Below, piece after piece: positions 19,666 through 29,897 of a stretch of DNA of 64,000 nucleotides. The stretch's first letter is position 1. Each line of letters begins with the position of its first letter. The notes beneath the pieces were generated by a model that did no database searches, was not told where the DNA came from, and worked only from the letters and a program-made list of their open reading frames with translations. Where the stretch lies: the NCBI GenBank assembly GCA_938004065.1, contig CALKWM010000013.1:2457-66456 (forward strand), given 5' to 3'. Position numbers and translations under genes: made by a program. The stretch comes from an uncultured bacterium. GTDB taxonomy: Bacteria > Patescibacteriota > JAHJAL01.

Positions 19666-20313
19666 TTAATAATAAAAGATAGGAATACCTAACTTGTTTA
19701 AAATCTTATAAGATTTTTTATGAATGTTTTTCTTATCATTTTTGTCATAAAAAACTGTTACGTCTTTTGGCTTGATATCTAAGGTGGAGATAGTGTTTGC
19801 GCATGTATTAATTGGTCTGAATACGGAAGCAACAAGGAAGTTGTTATTTTGTGGAGGAAACAAATTGGCCAATGAATAACTAACTTGAAAATCGAGGTTA
19901 TTCATCAGTTCAAAATCAATGTAGATCAATCGTCTGGTGGCGGTTTTTTTTTCAATATTTGTTGTGTAAGGAGGTAGATTTTCAAAATTATTTCTATAAA
20001 ATGGACCACCCAATTCTTTGTGGAATTTTAGGTTATCAATTGCATTGGAGACAATCTCGGTAGAGATTGTATTTGGAAAGGATAGATATATTAATCGTGG
20101 GCTGTATTCTATTATACTTATAAACAAATCCGTAGCTAATAAATCTTGGATTTGTTTATGGTATAGTAGATCGAAAAAAAGTGGCATGCTCCAGATCAAG
20201 ATATTGTGATCGGGGTGTTTGTCTTTGACCTGAAGATATGTTTTTCTAATAATATCAGACGAATTAGTTGCCAGGTCAAAGTGGAATATTATTAAAATAT
20301 TTCTCCATGTCAT
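19666..20313 (-). CDS. Hypothetical protein.
   Basis: 215-aa ORF. No recognisable motif. Confidence 0.4.
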   Translation of the reverse strand: MTWRNILIIFHFDLATNSSDIIRKTYLQVKDKHPDHNILIWSMPLFFDLLYHKQIQDLLATDLFISIIEYSPRLIYLSFPNTISTEIVSNAIDNLKFHKELGGPFYRNNFENLPPYTTNIEKKTATRRLIYIDFELMNNLDFQVSYSLANLFPPQNNNFLVASVFRPINTCANTISTLDIKPKDVTVFYDKNDKKNIHKKSYKILNKLGIPIFYY

Positions 20314-20465
20314 TTATATTCTTCCTTTCTTTTTAAAATACTATCAGGATTGTATGCTATTTTTGGGGTTTTTGGCAAGAGTTTTTTTAAGAAATTAACA
20401 CTTTTTTAAAGTTTTTTAAATAATGATAAGATATAGGTGTAGATAAAGAATTCAAGGAGGAAAAA

Positions 20466-21971
20466 ATGAAATTGTCAATTTTTTGTGAGGAATTTTCAGA
20501 TTTGAAGGCGGATGCGGTGGTGATTTTCAATGAAAAGGGACGGGTAGCTTTACGGGGAATGGATAATGAGGTAAATAAAAGTTTGGATGGTTTTTTGAGC
20601 GAAATTCTCGAATCCGGAGAGTTTTCCAGTTGCCAAGATCAATTTCATTATTTTTATAGTTTTGATAAGATTAAAAAAATTCCCCGAGTGGCAATGGCGG
20701 GATATAGTCTGGATGGAGAAAAAACATTGAATCCTTTGCGGTCGGCGGCGGCAGTGGCGGTCAAGAAATTACGCGAGGTGGGTTTGAAAAAAATTGCTTT
20801 GATTATGCCCAATGTCAGAAGTTGGGAAATGGCGGAAAGTACTCGAGCGATTGTGGAGGGGGTATTGTTGGGATTGTATCGTTTTGATAAATATTTGGAG
20901 AATAGAAAGAAAAACGAAATTTCCGAAATACTTTTGGTGGGAGAAACCAAAGATAAAAGGACGTTTGAAAAAGCGATATTGTTGGGAGAGATGGAGTCCA
21001 GTGGGGTGATGTTGTCGCGAGATGTGGGAAATGAACCGAGCAATGTTTTAACTCCTCGCGGATTTGCGGTGGTGGCGGAAAGAGTGATGAAAAATTTGAA
21101 AGTCGGTTGTCGGGTTTTGGATGAAGGGGAAATCAAGAAGCAAGGATTGGGATTGCTTTATGGCGTTGGCAAAGGTAGTGATGAACCGCCAAGGTTGGTG
21201 GTGGTAAACTATCATGCTGGGAAAAAATATCCGACAGTGGCGTTGGTGGGGAAAGGAATAACTTTTGATAGTGGCGGGACCAGTTTAAAAGTGGGTGATG
21301 CGGCCGGGCCGATGTTGTTTGATATGAAGAGAGATATGGCGGGTGCCGGTGCGGTTTTGGGAACTATGAGTGTGATTGCCAAGCTAAAACCAAAGTTAAA
21401 TGTGGTTGGTGTTTTGCCACTTGCGGAAAATATGCTGAGTGGCCGGGCGTATAAACCGGGTGATATATTGGTGAGTTATAGCGGTAAAACGGTGGAGGTT
21501 TTCAATACCGATGCGGAAGGAAGATTGGTGATGGCGGATGCGATGAGTTATGCTCAGGAAAACTATAAACCGGATTTTTTGATAGATATTGCAACTTTGA
21601 CGGGGGCGGTGTTGCGGGCGGCCGGACCAAGTTTGATCGGTTTGTTTGGTAATGATAATCGGTTTTTGGAGAGGGCTAGAAAGGCGGCGCTGATATCAGG
21701 AGAAGAGACAATGGATTTTCCTTTGTACGAAGGTTATCGTAGTCGAGTCAAGTCGCATTTTGCCGATGTAAAAAATCTAAGTTACAAAGGTTCGGGGGCG
21801 ATCAATAGTGCCTTGTTTTTGAATGAATTTGTTGAAGAGGGAGTGAAATGGGTGCATTTTGATATGGCAGCGGTGGGTACACAGGTTGGTGATGGAACTT
21901 ATCTAACCAGGGGTGCGACCGGTGCGGGAGTGAGATTGTTGACGCATTTACTGTTAGGGATGGCGAAATAA
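20466..21971 (+). CDS. pepA: Leucyl aminopeptidase (M17 family).
   Basis: NTDAEGRLVMADAMSYA signature and M17 C-terminal catalytic domain. A strong SD (AAGGAGG) precedes the ATG. Confidence 0.9.
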   Translation: MKLSIFCEEFSDLKADAVVIFNEKGRVALRGMDNEVNKSLDGFLSEILESGEFSSCQDQFHYFYSFDKIKKIPRVAMAGYSLDGEKTLNPLRSAAAVAVKKLREVGLKKIALIMPNVRSWEMAESTRAIVEGVLLGLYRFDKYLENRKKNEISEILLVGETKDKRTFEKAILLGEMESSGVMLSRDVGNEPSNVLTPRGFAVVAERVMKNLKVGCRVLDEGEIKKQGLGLLYGVGKGSDEPPRLVVVNYHAGKKYPTVALVGKGITFDSGGTSLKVGDAAGPMLFDMKRDMAGAGAVLGTMSVIAKLKPKLNVVGVLPLAENMLSGRAYKPGDILVSYSGKTVEVFNTDAEGRLVMADAMSYAQENYKPDFLIDIATLTGAVLRAAGPSLIGLFGNDNRFLERARKAALISGEETMDFPLYEGYRSRVKSHFADVKNLSYKGSGAINSALFLNEFVEEGVKWVHFDMAAVGTQVGDGTYLTRGATGAGVRLLTHLLLGMAK

Positions 21972-22074
21972 GAAGTAAGAAGTAAGAAGTAAGAGATGAA
22001 GGCCGGTTCTTATAGAGGGTCTGTGTGGAGAAAGTATTGTATAATGGAGTTATAATTATTAATAAAATTAAATA

Positions 22075-23121
22075 ATGAGTGAAAAAATTGTGTCGGAGCG
22101 GGTAGTAAGCTCCAAGAAAGTTACCAAACAGGGTTATGTGCAGGAAAAGTGGGGGAATTTGATGGATTCCTTGAGTGCGTTTTGTATGGCGCCGGTATTG
22201 ATTGTGGTGGCAATCGGTTTGTTGTTTTATAGTGAAGGTTTTTACAAAAGTTCGGAGGTGTTGAAGAGTTTGTCTCTGGAACAGGCCAGTGATGTTGCGG
22301 GAGAGTCGGGTTTAAAGATGATAACCGGAGAGGTGTCGGTGGAGCAGAAATTGGAAGCACCGGAATTGGGTGAGGTGTTGTATTATGATTTGGTAAAAGA
22401 AGAATTCAAAGAAGTTGAAGAAACGGATTATGAGACTCGAACCAGAATAGAAAATGGTGAAGAAATTGAAGAAAAGGTGGAGACAACCAAATTGGTTGAT
22501 AAATGGGTGGCACAGGAAGAGCAAAAAGGAAAGTGGGCGGATTTTAGTTTAGGTCAGATCGATATTGACCCAAAGAATGCCGAGCTTAGAATTGATTTTA
22601 AAAAGAAAACATATTTGGAAAATATCTTTGGCGAATTGGAGGAAAGTTCCATCTCTGACCCCGAGCTGGGTGATATTCGAGTGGTGATAAATTATTTGCC
22701 CGTGGATAATGATTTGATTGTGGTGGGTGAGTTGAAAAACGACAAGATTGAGGGAGGAGTTGAATTTATCGTAACCAATAAAACAGCAGAAGGGTTGCTC
22801 GGAGATGTCCAAAATGAAGAAAATTTCTGGTATTGGTTTTTGAAATTTTTGATATGGTTGTTGTTTACGATAGGTATGACTTCGATTGTGGGGCCGATTT
22901 TGGCGCTACTTGATTTCATTCCACTGGTGGGGTCGGCGGCCAAGACGGTGGCTGGTATCATATCGGCAGTTATTGCTTTGGTGATTGTGTTGATAGCTAC
23001 TATACTTATTAAATTTTGGTGGTTATTTTTGATTGTAGTTTTATTGGCGGTAGTGGGAATGATATTATTACTCTTGTATTTATGGAAAAAGTTGGCATCA
23101 AAAAAAGAAATTAAGAATTAA
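22075..23121 (+). CDS. Hypothetical membrane protein.
   Basis: N-terminal TM, an acidic central domain, and 3-4 C-terminal TM helices. Confidence 0.45.
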   Translation: MSEKIVSERVVSSKKVTKQGYVQEKWGNLMDSLSAFCMAPVLIVVAIGLLFYSEGFYKSSEVLKSLSLEQASDVAGESGLKMITGEVSVEQKLEAPELGEVLYYDLVKEEFKEVEETDYETRTRIENGEEIEEKVETTKLVDKWVAQEEQKGKWADFSLGQIDIDPKNAELRIDFKKKTYLENIFGELEESSISDPELGDIRVVINYLPVDNDLIVVGELKNDKIEGGVEFIVTNKTAEGLLGDVQNEENFWYWFLKFLIWLLFTIGMTSIVGPILALLDFIPLVGSAAKTVAGIISAVIALVIVLIATILIKFWWLFLIVVLLAVVGMILLLLYLWKKLASKKEIKN

Positions 23122-23139
23122 TAGATAAGGTTATAATAA

Positions 23140-23174
23140 ACAAAGAGGAGACATGTAAATTGTCGCCTCTTTGT
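23140..23174. terminator. Bidirectional hairpin between convergent genes (22075 plus-strand gene and the uridine kinase/CYTH gene).
   Basis: ACAAAGAGG-N17-CCTCTTTGT, a perfect 9-bp stem, with T-rich flanks on both strands. Confidence 0.45.
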
Positions 23175-23198
23175 TGTGTGTCGTAAATTTTTTGGTGG

Positions 23199-24713
23199 TT
23201 ATGCTTGGTTTTGAACCATTTGGTCGATGTAGGGACCAACCGAGATGTGGTGTTCCAACTCCAATTCTTTTTTGAGCTTGTTGATTTCAGGGATGTTTTT
23301 TTCATCGTCGGTAATGAATTCGATGTAGTATCCCAGTTTGTCAACATAGTCGATGATCAGGATAACACCGTTTTTTTGAAAAGTAACTCTTTTCTTTTTG
23401 ATAGTGGCCAGGGTTTTAAATCCGGAAAGTTCGAAGTCCTGTAATAATTCTTTGGCATTGTGGTAATGTGTGCCAAATTCTTCTTTTTTGACCAGTGTTT
23501 CAGCCGGTCGGATAATCTTGTTTTTGGTGTTTAAAAAGCGAGGTCCTTTGTAAACCAGGTCGATTTGGCCTTTTTCTTCTCTGATTCGCAGAATGTATTT
23601 TTGATAGTCTTCACTATCGGGAGAAGCTAGCGTGTCGTCTGCCATATAGTAGTCTGTCTGGTTAGTTTTGTCGATCATTTGATAACCTTTCTGATCGATT
23701 ATTTTTCGCCAGACGTTCGGTAGTTCATTTTTGCTGATTTTGATTTTATCTTGGACTTCGCAGTAGCTGGTGTTGACCGCTTCGGGCAGGGTGTGGGGAT
23801 TTTCGCAGATGGAGCCGGCATTTTTTCTGGTGGGCAAGATGTGTTTTTGGGCGGCAGGCATAACTATTCTCAAGTTTATCATCAGGGCTGTTTCAGGTGT
23901 AAAGCTGGAACGGGCATTTGGTCCAACCACATCTCTAAATAATCTTCGAAGCAGGAGATGGGCTTTGTTGGGAACTTCGATGAAGGATTTGATGTCAGCG
24001 TGATTGGCTATTTTTTCGTTGAGGGCGTAGATTCCTTCCATGATGATGATATCGTAATCAGTGGGGTCGATTTCCTGATCTTCGGTAGGTTCGGAGAATT
24101 TCATGTTGTAGTTGGGTAGGTTGGTTTTTTGGCCGGATTTGATGTCGGTCAGGATGCTATCAATTTGATCCAGATTTATCGCATCAGGTGTGTCAAAATC
24201 TATTCGGGAGAATTCTCTATGGATGTTTTGGTTGAGATCGGACATGGAATCGATGGGGAAGTTGTGTTTTGTAATTAAAAATTGACCGATTGCGGATATG
24301 TTTTCCTCGGAAAATTTTTGATCGAAAGGATGGTTTTTTATGATTTCTCTAACTTGCTGATTTATGATCGGATAATCTGCTGGTGGGATAAATGGGTAGT
24401 TGGGCAGTACTTTTTCCATGATCATTTGTGATATACCTTTGTAAAACAAGTCGGTGGAAAAATTCAGTACTTTTTTGTTTTTTGTCGATAAGCTTTTGGT
24501 TAGGCGTTGGGTAGCTTCTCCTTTGCCTCCGCAAGAAGGTCCGGCCAGAGCGATAATTACCGGTTTTTTGTTTTCTGATAAATGCAAAACTTCTGTGGTG
24601 GTGTGATCGGTCCAGTGGTCGATATTGCCTACAAAGGAAAATTTTTCGAGTGGTTTTTCCGGTATTTCGTCAGTTAGAAAATGCAGATCATGATCGATAT
24701 TGTTGCTAAGCAT
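23199..24713 (-). CDS. Uridine kinase/PRK-like P-loop kinase fused to a C-terminal CYTH (CyaB/thiamine triphosphatase-like) domain.
   Basis: P-loop IIALAGPSCGGKGEATQRL with a uridine-kinase-like fold. The C-terminus (YILRIREEKGQIDLVYKGPRF...VILIIDYVDKLGYYIEFI) is CYTH-like. Confidence 0.5.
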   Translation of the reverse strand: MLSNNIDHDLHFLTDEIPEKPLEKFSFVGNIDHWTDHTTTEVLHLSENKKPVIIALAGPSCGGKGEATQRLTKSLSTKNKKVLNFSTDLFYKGISQMIMEKVLPNYPFIPPADYPIINQQVREIIKNHPFDQKFSEENISAIGQFLITKHNFPIDSMSDLNQNIHREFSRIDFDTPDAINLDQIDSILTDIKSGQKTNLPNYNMKFSEPTEDQEIDPTDYDIIIMEGIYALNEKIANHADIKSFIEVPNKAHLLLRRLFRDVVGPNARSSFTPETALMINLRIVMPAAQKHILPTRKNAGSICENPHTLPEAVNTSYCEVQDKIKISKNELPNVWRKIIDQKGYQMIDKTNQTDYYMADDTLASPDSEDYQKYILRIREEKGQIDLVYKGPRFLNTKNKIIRPAETLVKKEEFGTHYHNAKELLQDFELSGFKTLATIKKKRVTFQKNGVILIIDYVDKLGYYIEFITDDEKNIPEINKLKKELELEHHISVGPYIDQMVQNQA

Positions 24714-24958
24714 AATGTCCTTTTGTAAAAATAAATAAATTTTTTACATAGAAATATATAAAAAAACTGGAGATCATTGCGATCTCCAGTTTGGATTGCT
24801 TGGAAAAATTTTCTAAAATTGTGGGAAAATTTTTGGGGCATGGTTATGGCTGTGATTTTTCTGCTATGTGTATATTATCAAATGTTGTATGAAATGTCAA
24901 TATTTATTTTACAATCACCTTTTTATGGGGAAAAAATATGTGGATGTTGTTTTAAAAA

Positions 24959-26785
24959 TTATTCAACGGTAACGCTTTTGGCGAGGTTGCGGGGTTTGTC
25001 GACATCGAGATTTTTCATCACTCCCAGATAGTAGGCAAGAAATTGAAAGGGAATAACTGATAGGATAGGTGTAAGCATTTCCAGTGTTTTGGGTATGAAG
25101 ATGATATCGTCGGCGATTTGGGAAAGATTTTTATTGCCTTGAGTAGTAATGGCAATTATTTCGCCACCGCGGGCTTTGATTTCTTCCATTCCGGAGATAT
25201 TTTTTTCATAGACACTGTCTTTGGGGGCAATAAAAATAGCCGGGAAATTTTTATCGATAAGGGCGATTGGACCGTGTTTCATTTCGCCGGAAGGGTATCC
25301 TTCGGCGTGGATATAGGAAATTTCTTTGATTTTGAGGGCGCCTTCAAGAGCAATAGGAAAGTTGTATTTGCGACCCATACAGAGAAAATTGTGGCATGAG
25401 AAGTATTTCTTGGCAATTTTTTTGATATTGTCTTTTTGGGTCAAGGTTTTTTGTACTAAGTTTGGGATATGTGACAATTCAGTAATAATTCTTTTACCCA
25501 TGGTTAAAGACATGTCTCTTTGTCGTCCCAATATAACAGTTAGTAGTGCGAGTACGGTCAGTTGCGAAGTAAATGCTTTGGTTGAGGCAACACCGATTTC
25601 CGGTCCGGAGTGATTGTAAACCCCGGCGTCTGTTTCGCGAGCGATAGTGGCCCCGACAACGTTGACAATTCCGAGAGTTAGAGCATTTTTAAGCTTGGCT
25701 TCCTTGATGGCGGCGAGAGTGTCGGCAGTTTCTCCGGATTGGGAGATAGCCAGGACGGCTACAGTGTGGTCGAGGTGAGTTTTTCGGTATCGAAATTCAG
25801 AAGCGTATTCGACAGCAGTGTCGATACCGGCGTATTCTTCGAACATGTATTTGCCAACCAAACCGGCATAATATGATGTACCGCAAGAAATAATAATTAT
25901 TTTTTTGATATTTTTTAAGTTGGGCAAAATGTCATTTATTCCTCCCAATTTAGCCAATCCTTCTTTGATGTCGAGACGGCCACGCATGGTGTCGAGAAGT
26001 GAATGCGGTTGTTCCATAATTTCTTTGAGCATAAAGTGTTTGTATCCCTGTTTTTCAGCAGTATCCAGATCCCAATCCACCTGACTGATATTTTTGTCGA
26101 TGAGTTGATTGTTGATGTTGATAATTTCATATCCGTTTTTATTGAGGATAAGAATTTCTCCATCATCGAGGTAAATGATATTTTTGGTGTATTTAATGAT
26201 GGCTGAAATGTCGGATGCGATAAAATACTCATTGTTGCCGATGCCCAGGATAAGTGGACTGCCTTGTTTGGCAGCGATGAGTTGATCTTGTTCGTCTTGA
26301 TTTAGTATGACCAATCCGTATGTTCCTTTGAGTTGTTTGATGGTTTTGAGGACGGAGTTTTTGAAATTATTTTTTTTGAGGTTTTCTTCAATCAAATGGG
26401 CGATTACTTCGCTATCCGTTTGCGATACAAATTGATGATTTTTTTGAAGTTTGGTGGAAAGTTTTTGATAGTTTTCGATGATGCCGTTGTGGACGATATG
26501 AATTTTACCGGTGCAATCATAATGAGGGTGTGAATTGATTGTCGATGGTTTGCCGTGAGTGGCCCATCTGGTATGAGCAAGGCCGATATTGGTTTTGATG
26601 TGATGTTTTTTTAGTTTTGATTCGAGTGCGGAAATTTTGCCAACCGCTTTGTGACAAACTGCTTTTTTGTTTTCAATTACGGTCAGTCCACAGCTGTCGT
26701 ATCCCCGGTATTCCAGATGGTGTAGTCCGGTTAAAAGGATAGGTATTGCGTTTTTTTGGCCAAGGTAGGCAATGATACCGCACAT
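24959..26785 (-). CDS. glmS: Glutamine--fructose-6-phosphate aminotransferase.
   Basis: Starts MCGIIAYLG (N-terminal nucleophile Cys) and has two SIS domains. The ORF-track start at 26851 runs through the upstream AAGTAAG repeats and is rejected. Confidence 0.9.
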   Translation of the reverse strand: MCGIIAYLGQKNAIPILLTGLHHLEYRGYDSCGLTVIENKKAVCHKAVGKISALESKLKKHHIKTNIGLAHTRWATHGKPSTINSHPHYDCTGKIHIVHNGIIENYQKLSTKLQKNHQFVSQTDSEVIAHLIEENLKKNNFKNSVLKTIKQLKGTYGLVILNQDEQDQLIAAKQGSPLILGIGNNEYFIASDISAIIKYTKNIIYLDDGEILILNKNGYEIININNQLIDKNISQVDWDLDTAEKQGYKHFMLKEIMEQPHSLLDTMRGRLDIKEGLAKLGGINDILPNLKNIKKIIIISCGTSYYAGLVGKYMFEEYAGIDTAVEYASEFRYRKTHLDHTVAVLAISQSGETADTLAAIKEAKLKNALTLGIVNVVGATIARETDAGVYNHSGPEIGVASTKAFTSQLTVLALLTVILGRQRDMSLTMGKRIITELSHIPNLVQKTLTQKDNIKKIAKKYFSCHNFLCMGRKYNFPIALEGALKIKEISYIHAEGYPSGEMKHGPIALIDKNFPAIFIAPKDSVYEKNISGMEEIKARGGEIIAITTQGNKNLSQIADDIIFIPKTLEMLTPILSVIPFQFLAYYLGVMKNLDVDKPRNLAKSVTVE

Positions 26786-26789
26786 TTGA

Positions 26790-26838
26790 TAAGAAGTAAG
26801 AAATAAGAAGTAAGAAGTAAGAAATAAGAAGTAAAAAG
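26790..26838. repeat. AAGTAAG/AAATAAG heptamer array immediately 5' of glmS.
   Basis: AAGAAGTAAGAAATAAGAAGTAAGAAGTAAGAAATAAGAAGTAAAAAG. Confidence 0.85.
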
Positions 26839-26857
26839 AAACAATATGCAAATAATC

Positions 26858-28195
26858 TCAGTGTTTGATAAGTATTTCTTTTAATAATTCCTCTATAATT
26901 TCTTTTTCGTTCCAAGGGATTTTTTTGTCCGGATACATCATAATGGTTTCGGCTCCTTTGCCGGTGATGACGACGATATCACCTTTTTTAGCCAGTTTCA
27001 GAGCTTTCGAAATTGCTTCCTTGCGATCTTTGATGATATATAAATCTTTATTCATGGTTTTGCCGGCTTTAATTAATCCAGGTTTGATCATATTGATGAT
27101 GTCGATAGGTTTTTCGGTCCAAGAGTCTTCGTGGGTCAAGATGGCGATATCGGCATATGTGCCGACGATTTCTCCCATGATTGGTCTTTTGCCTTGATCA
27201 CGATCGCCGCATGAGCCAAAAACGGCAATAATTTTTTGTTTGGCGATGGGTTTGATAGTGTCTTTGTATAGTTTTTCAAGAGAATCGGGAGTAAGGGCGT
27301 AATCGATATAAACGGTAAAATTTTGGCCGGCGTCGATTTTTTCCAATCTGCCCGGAATATTTTGAATTTTTTCGAGTGCGGTTTTAATCGTTGCGAGTTT
27401 GATTTTTTGAGAACGAGCTATACATGTTGCTAGTAGGGCATTTTGGATATTGAATCGGCCGGGGATTTGCAAACTGAATTTTTTAGAATAGTTGGGTGTA
27501 TTGATGGTAAATTTTGAACCATTGGTTTCAAGCTCAATATCTGAGGTATAAATAAAGATTGTTTGCGGGTGTTTTTTCAATTTTATGGCTGATTGTTTGG
27601 TTAAAGAATAACCATAGCTTTTGTGGCGGGTATATGTGATTAGTTTCCGCCAGGATGTGTCTTGGAGATTGAAGACGGATATTTTTTTAATGCCTTTTTT
27701 CTTTTTTGATTTTTTGAATGTTTGAAATAGTTTTAGTTTGGTGGCGGTGTATTCTTCCATAGTGTGGTGATAGTCCAGGTGTTCACGGGTAATATTGGTG
27801 ATGCCGACGATATCGTAATTGATTCCCCAGATGCGTTGTTGGCTGATAGCGTGTGAGGATGTTTCGATAATGGCATATTTGCATTTGGCCAAAACCATCC
27901 GGCGAAGTAGTGATTGTAATTGCCAGGCGGAGAGAGTGGTCATTTTTGTTTCATTGACCCATTCTTTTTTACCAATTTTAAAATTGATGGTAGTGGCTAG
28001 CCCGACTCGGTAGCCATCTTCTTGGAGTATTTTTGCAATCATATTGCAACTGGTTGTTTTACCGTTGGTGCCGGTGATGCCGATGACGGTTATTTTTTCC
28101 GATGGAAATCCGAAATAGTAAGCGGCGAAAATGGCTTTTAACTTGTGGTAGAACAGGATTAATGATTGGGGAATAAGTTTTTTTATGGTTGACAT
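26858..28195 (-). CDS. Mur ligase family protein, MurE-like, with a short N-terminal domain.
   Basis: P-loop VIGITGTNGKTTS, a central HTTMEEY region, and a C-terminal domain with GDRDQGKRP...ITGKGAE motifs. The start was set at MSTIKK (28195) rather than the track start 28249; this is uncertain. Confidence 0.7.
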   Translation of the reverse strand: MSTIKKLIPQSLILFYHKLKAIFAAYYFGFPSEKITVIGITGTNGKTTSCNMIAKILQEDGYRVGLATTINFKIGKKEWVNETKMTTLSAWQLQSLLRRMVLAKCKYAIIETSSHAISQQRIWGINYDIVGITNITREHLDYHHTMEEYTATKLKLFQTFKKSKKKKGIKKISVFNLQDTSWRKLITYTRHKSYGYSLTKQSAIKLKKHPQTIFIYTSDIELETNGSKFTINTPNYSKKFSLQIPGRFNIQNALLATCIARSQKIKLATIKTALEKIQNIPGRLEKIDAGQNFTVYIDYALTPDSLEKLYKDTIKPIAKQKIIAVFGSCGDRDQGKRPIMGEIVGTYADIAILTHEDSWTEKPIDIINMIKPGLIKAGKTMNKDLYIIKDRKEAISKALKLAKKGDIVVITGKGAETIMMYPDKKIPWNEKEIIEELLKEILIKH

Positions 28196-28662
28196 CGAAA
28201 AATAAATAAAAAAATTTGATTTATGCTTTTTGACAACAAAAAGTAACAAAAAATATTGAGAGAAAGTGTCGGATTATTTACGAAAAATTTAAAAAATTGG
28301 TTAAATATAAAGATAACAATTTATGAGTAGTGCTAATTAATTTTCTTATCTGTCATCCTCGAATCGAAAGTCCGCCGACTCGGCGGGCACTTCGATATCG
28401 GGGATCCATACCATTTTATAAATTTTTATTTCTCCAGGGTGATCTATCCGTGTAATTTGAAATGTTTAGGTTACTGTGTTTATTAATTCAAAATATTTTT
28501 CTGATTTAAAATTTTTAAATTGATCAAATCCTTTCGAAATTAAAAATTTAAAAAATTGGGTTATAAAAAATGTAGTAGGTATAAGTAAGGAAAAATATGG
28601 TATAAAAATAAACCCACCTCATTATAGAGGTTTGGATCGGAAAGTGTAAAGAATAAAAAAAG

Positions 28663-29679
28663 TCAGCTCTGTTGGAGGAATTTGGCGGTTTTATAAACTG
28701 TGTGCCAAAAAGGGGAAATGGTTTTTTCCATATGGCCGGCGGTCGAGACTTCGATACCGCCAAAACCATTTTTGAAACGGGTGATACCGGCCCAGGGGTG
28801 ATTGGGTTTGGAACCGGGAGGAGCGATGCCACCAAAATCATAGAATCGGCATTTGTAATCGATAGCGTCTTGGATAGCTTGCCATTGCAGGGCGTAGGTT
28901 GGCATCAGATTGCGGTAGGTGTTGGATGAAGCCCCGTGTAAATAGGTAGCGATATGGCCAAAGTATGAGACCATAATGCTGGCAATTATTTTGTCTTTAT
29001 ACTGAGCGTGATAGAGAAATACTATGTTTTTCGGACCGAGGGTTTTGAGGATGTTTTGGTAGTGTCGTTTGTTATGAGGGCGGAAAGTATTGCGATCACA
29101 AGTTTTTAGTAGTAGTTCGAAAAAATAATCGACATCTTTGACATCAGATGTTTTGATGATTTTGATATGTTTTTTGTGGGCCAGACGAATATTGTATCTG
29201 GTTTTTTGTTTAAAATTTTTGAAAATTTCGTCTTTGGATTGCAAAAGATTTAATATTAGAGTGTCTTTTGGTTGAGTATAACGATTAGTGGCTACAAAAC
29301 CGTTTTCAGCCAAGCTATGATAGAGAGTGTGGCAGGTTTGATAAAATGGTTCGAAACGAATGAAAATAGTATTGGTTAGATCAATGAATTTTTTTATCTC
29401 ATGTAGTAATTTTTGTGTTGTGGCTTGGATTTCGGGAGGAGTGAGTTCTTTGCTAATCACCGGACCATAGGGGGCGTAGAAATAATTTTTGTTCATAGTT
29501 AAATCGTGTTTGATCAGGAGAACGGAAGATGTTATTTTGCCTTTTTCGGAAGTATATACAATATAGGTTTTTTGTTCTCCCAATTTTTCGATATTAAGCC
29601 AATATCCCGTTTGAGTAAGTGCCCGGGGGTTATTGTGAGCGATAAAATCATTAATTGTTTCCTTGGTGATGTGAGTCAT
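28663..29679 (-). CDS. FemAB-family aminoacyltransferase (FemX-like peptidoglycan interpeptide bridge formation).
   Basis: 338 aa. The C-terminal YLHGASSNTYRNLMPTYALQWQAIQDAIDYKCRFYDFGGI segment matches the FemAB family. Confidence 0.65.
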   Translation of the reverse strand: MTHITKETINDFIAHNNPRALTQTGYWLNIEKLGEQKTYIVYTSEKGKITSSVLLIKHDLTMNKNYFYAPYGPVISKELTPPEIQATTQKLLHEIKKFIDLTNTIFIRFEPFYQTCHTLYHSLAENGFVATNRYTQPKDTLILNLLQSKDEIFKNFKQKTRYNIRLAHKKHIKIIKTSDVKDVDYFFELLLKTCDRNTFRPHNKRHYQNILKTLGPKNIVFLYHAQYKDKIIASIMVSYFGHIATYLHGASSNTYRNLMPTYALQWQAIQDAIDYKCRFYDFGGIAPPGSKPNHPWAGITRFKNGFGGIEVSTAGHMEKTISPFWHTVYKTAKFLQQS

Positions 29680-29897
29680 TTTTTTTGGATGGTCCTTAAT
29701 TTTTGCTTTCTAATGATATTATATAAGTATTGTGGGCCAATATCCAATATGTAAATTGGGAGCGGTATAATGGATAATGAGTAATTAATAATTTACAATT
29801 AGTAATTGGTAGAGAAAAAATTGTTTGCACCCTAGGCGATCTTGCATACGCGGGACGAGACATGCTTATAATGTATAAATTGTATTAAGTTATTGTT

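Noticed and set aside
24777-25031. 84-aa plus-strand ORF in the glmS-downstream region.
   Set aside because: It overlaps the glmS 3' end by about 70 nt on the opposite strand. It has no SD or promoter and a hydrophobic low-complexity sequence. It is probably spurious, though a small protein cannot be excluded.
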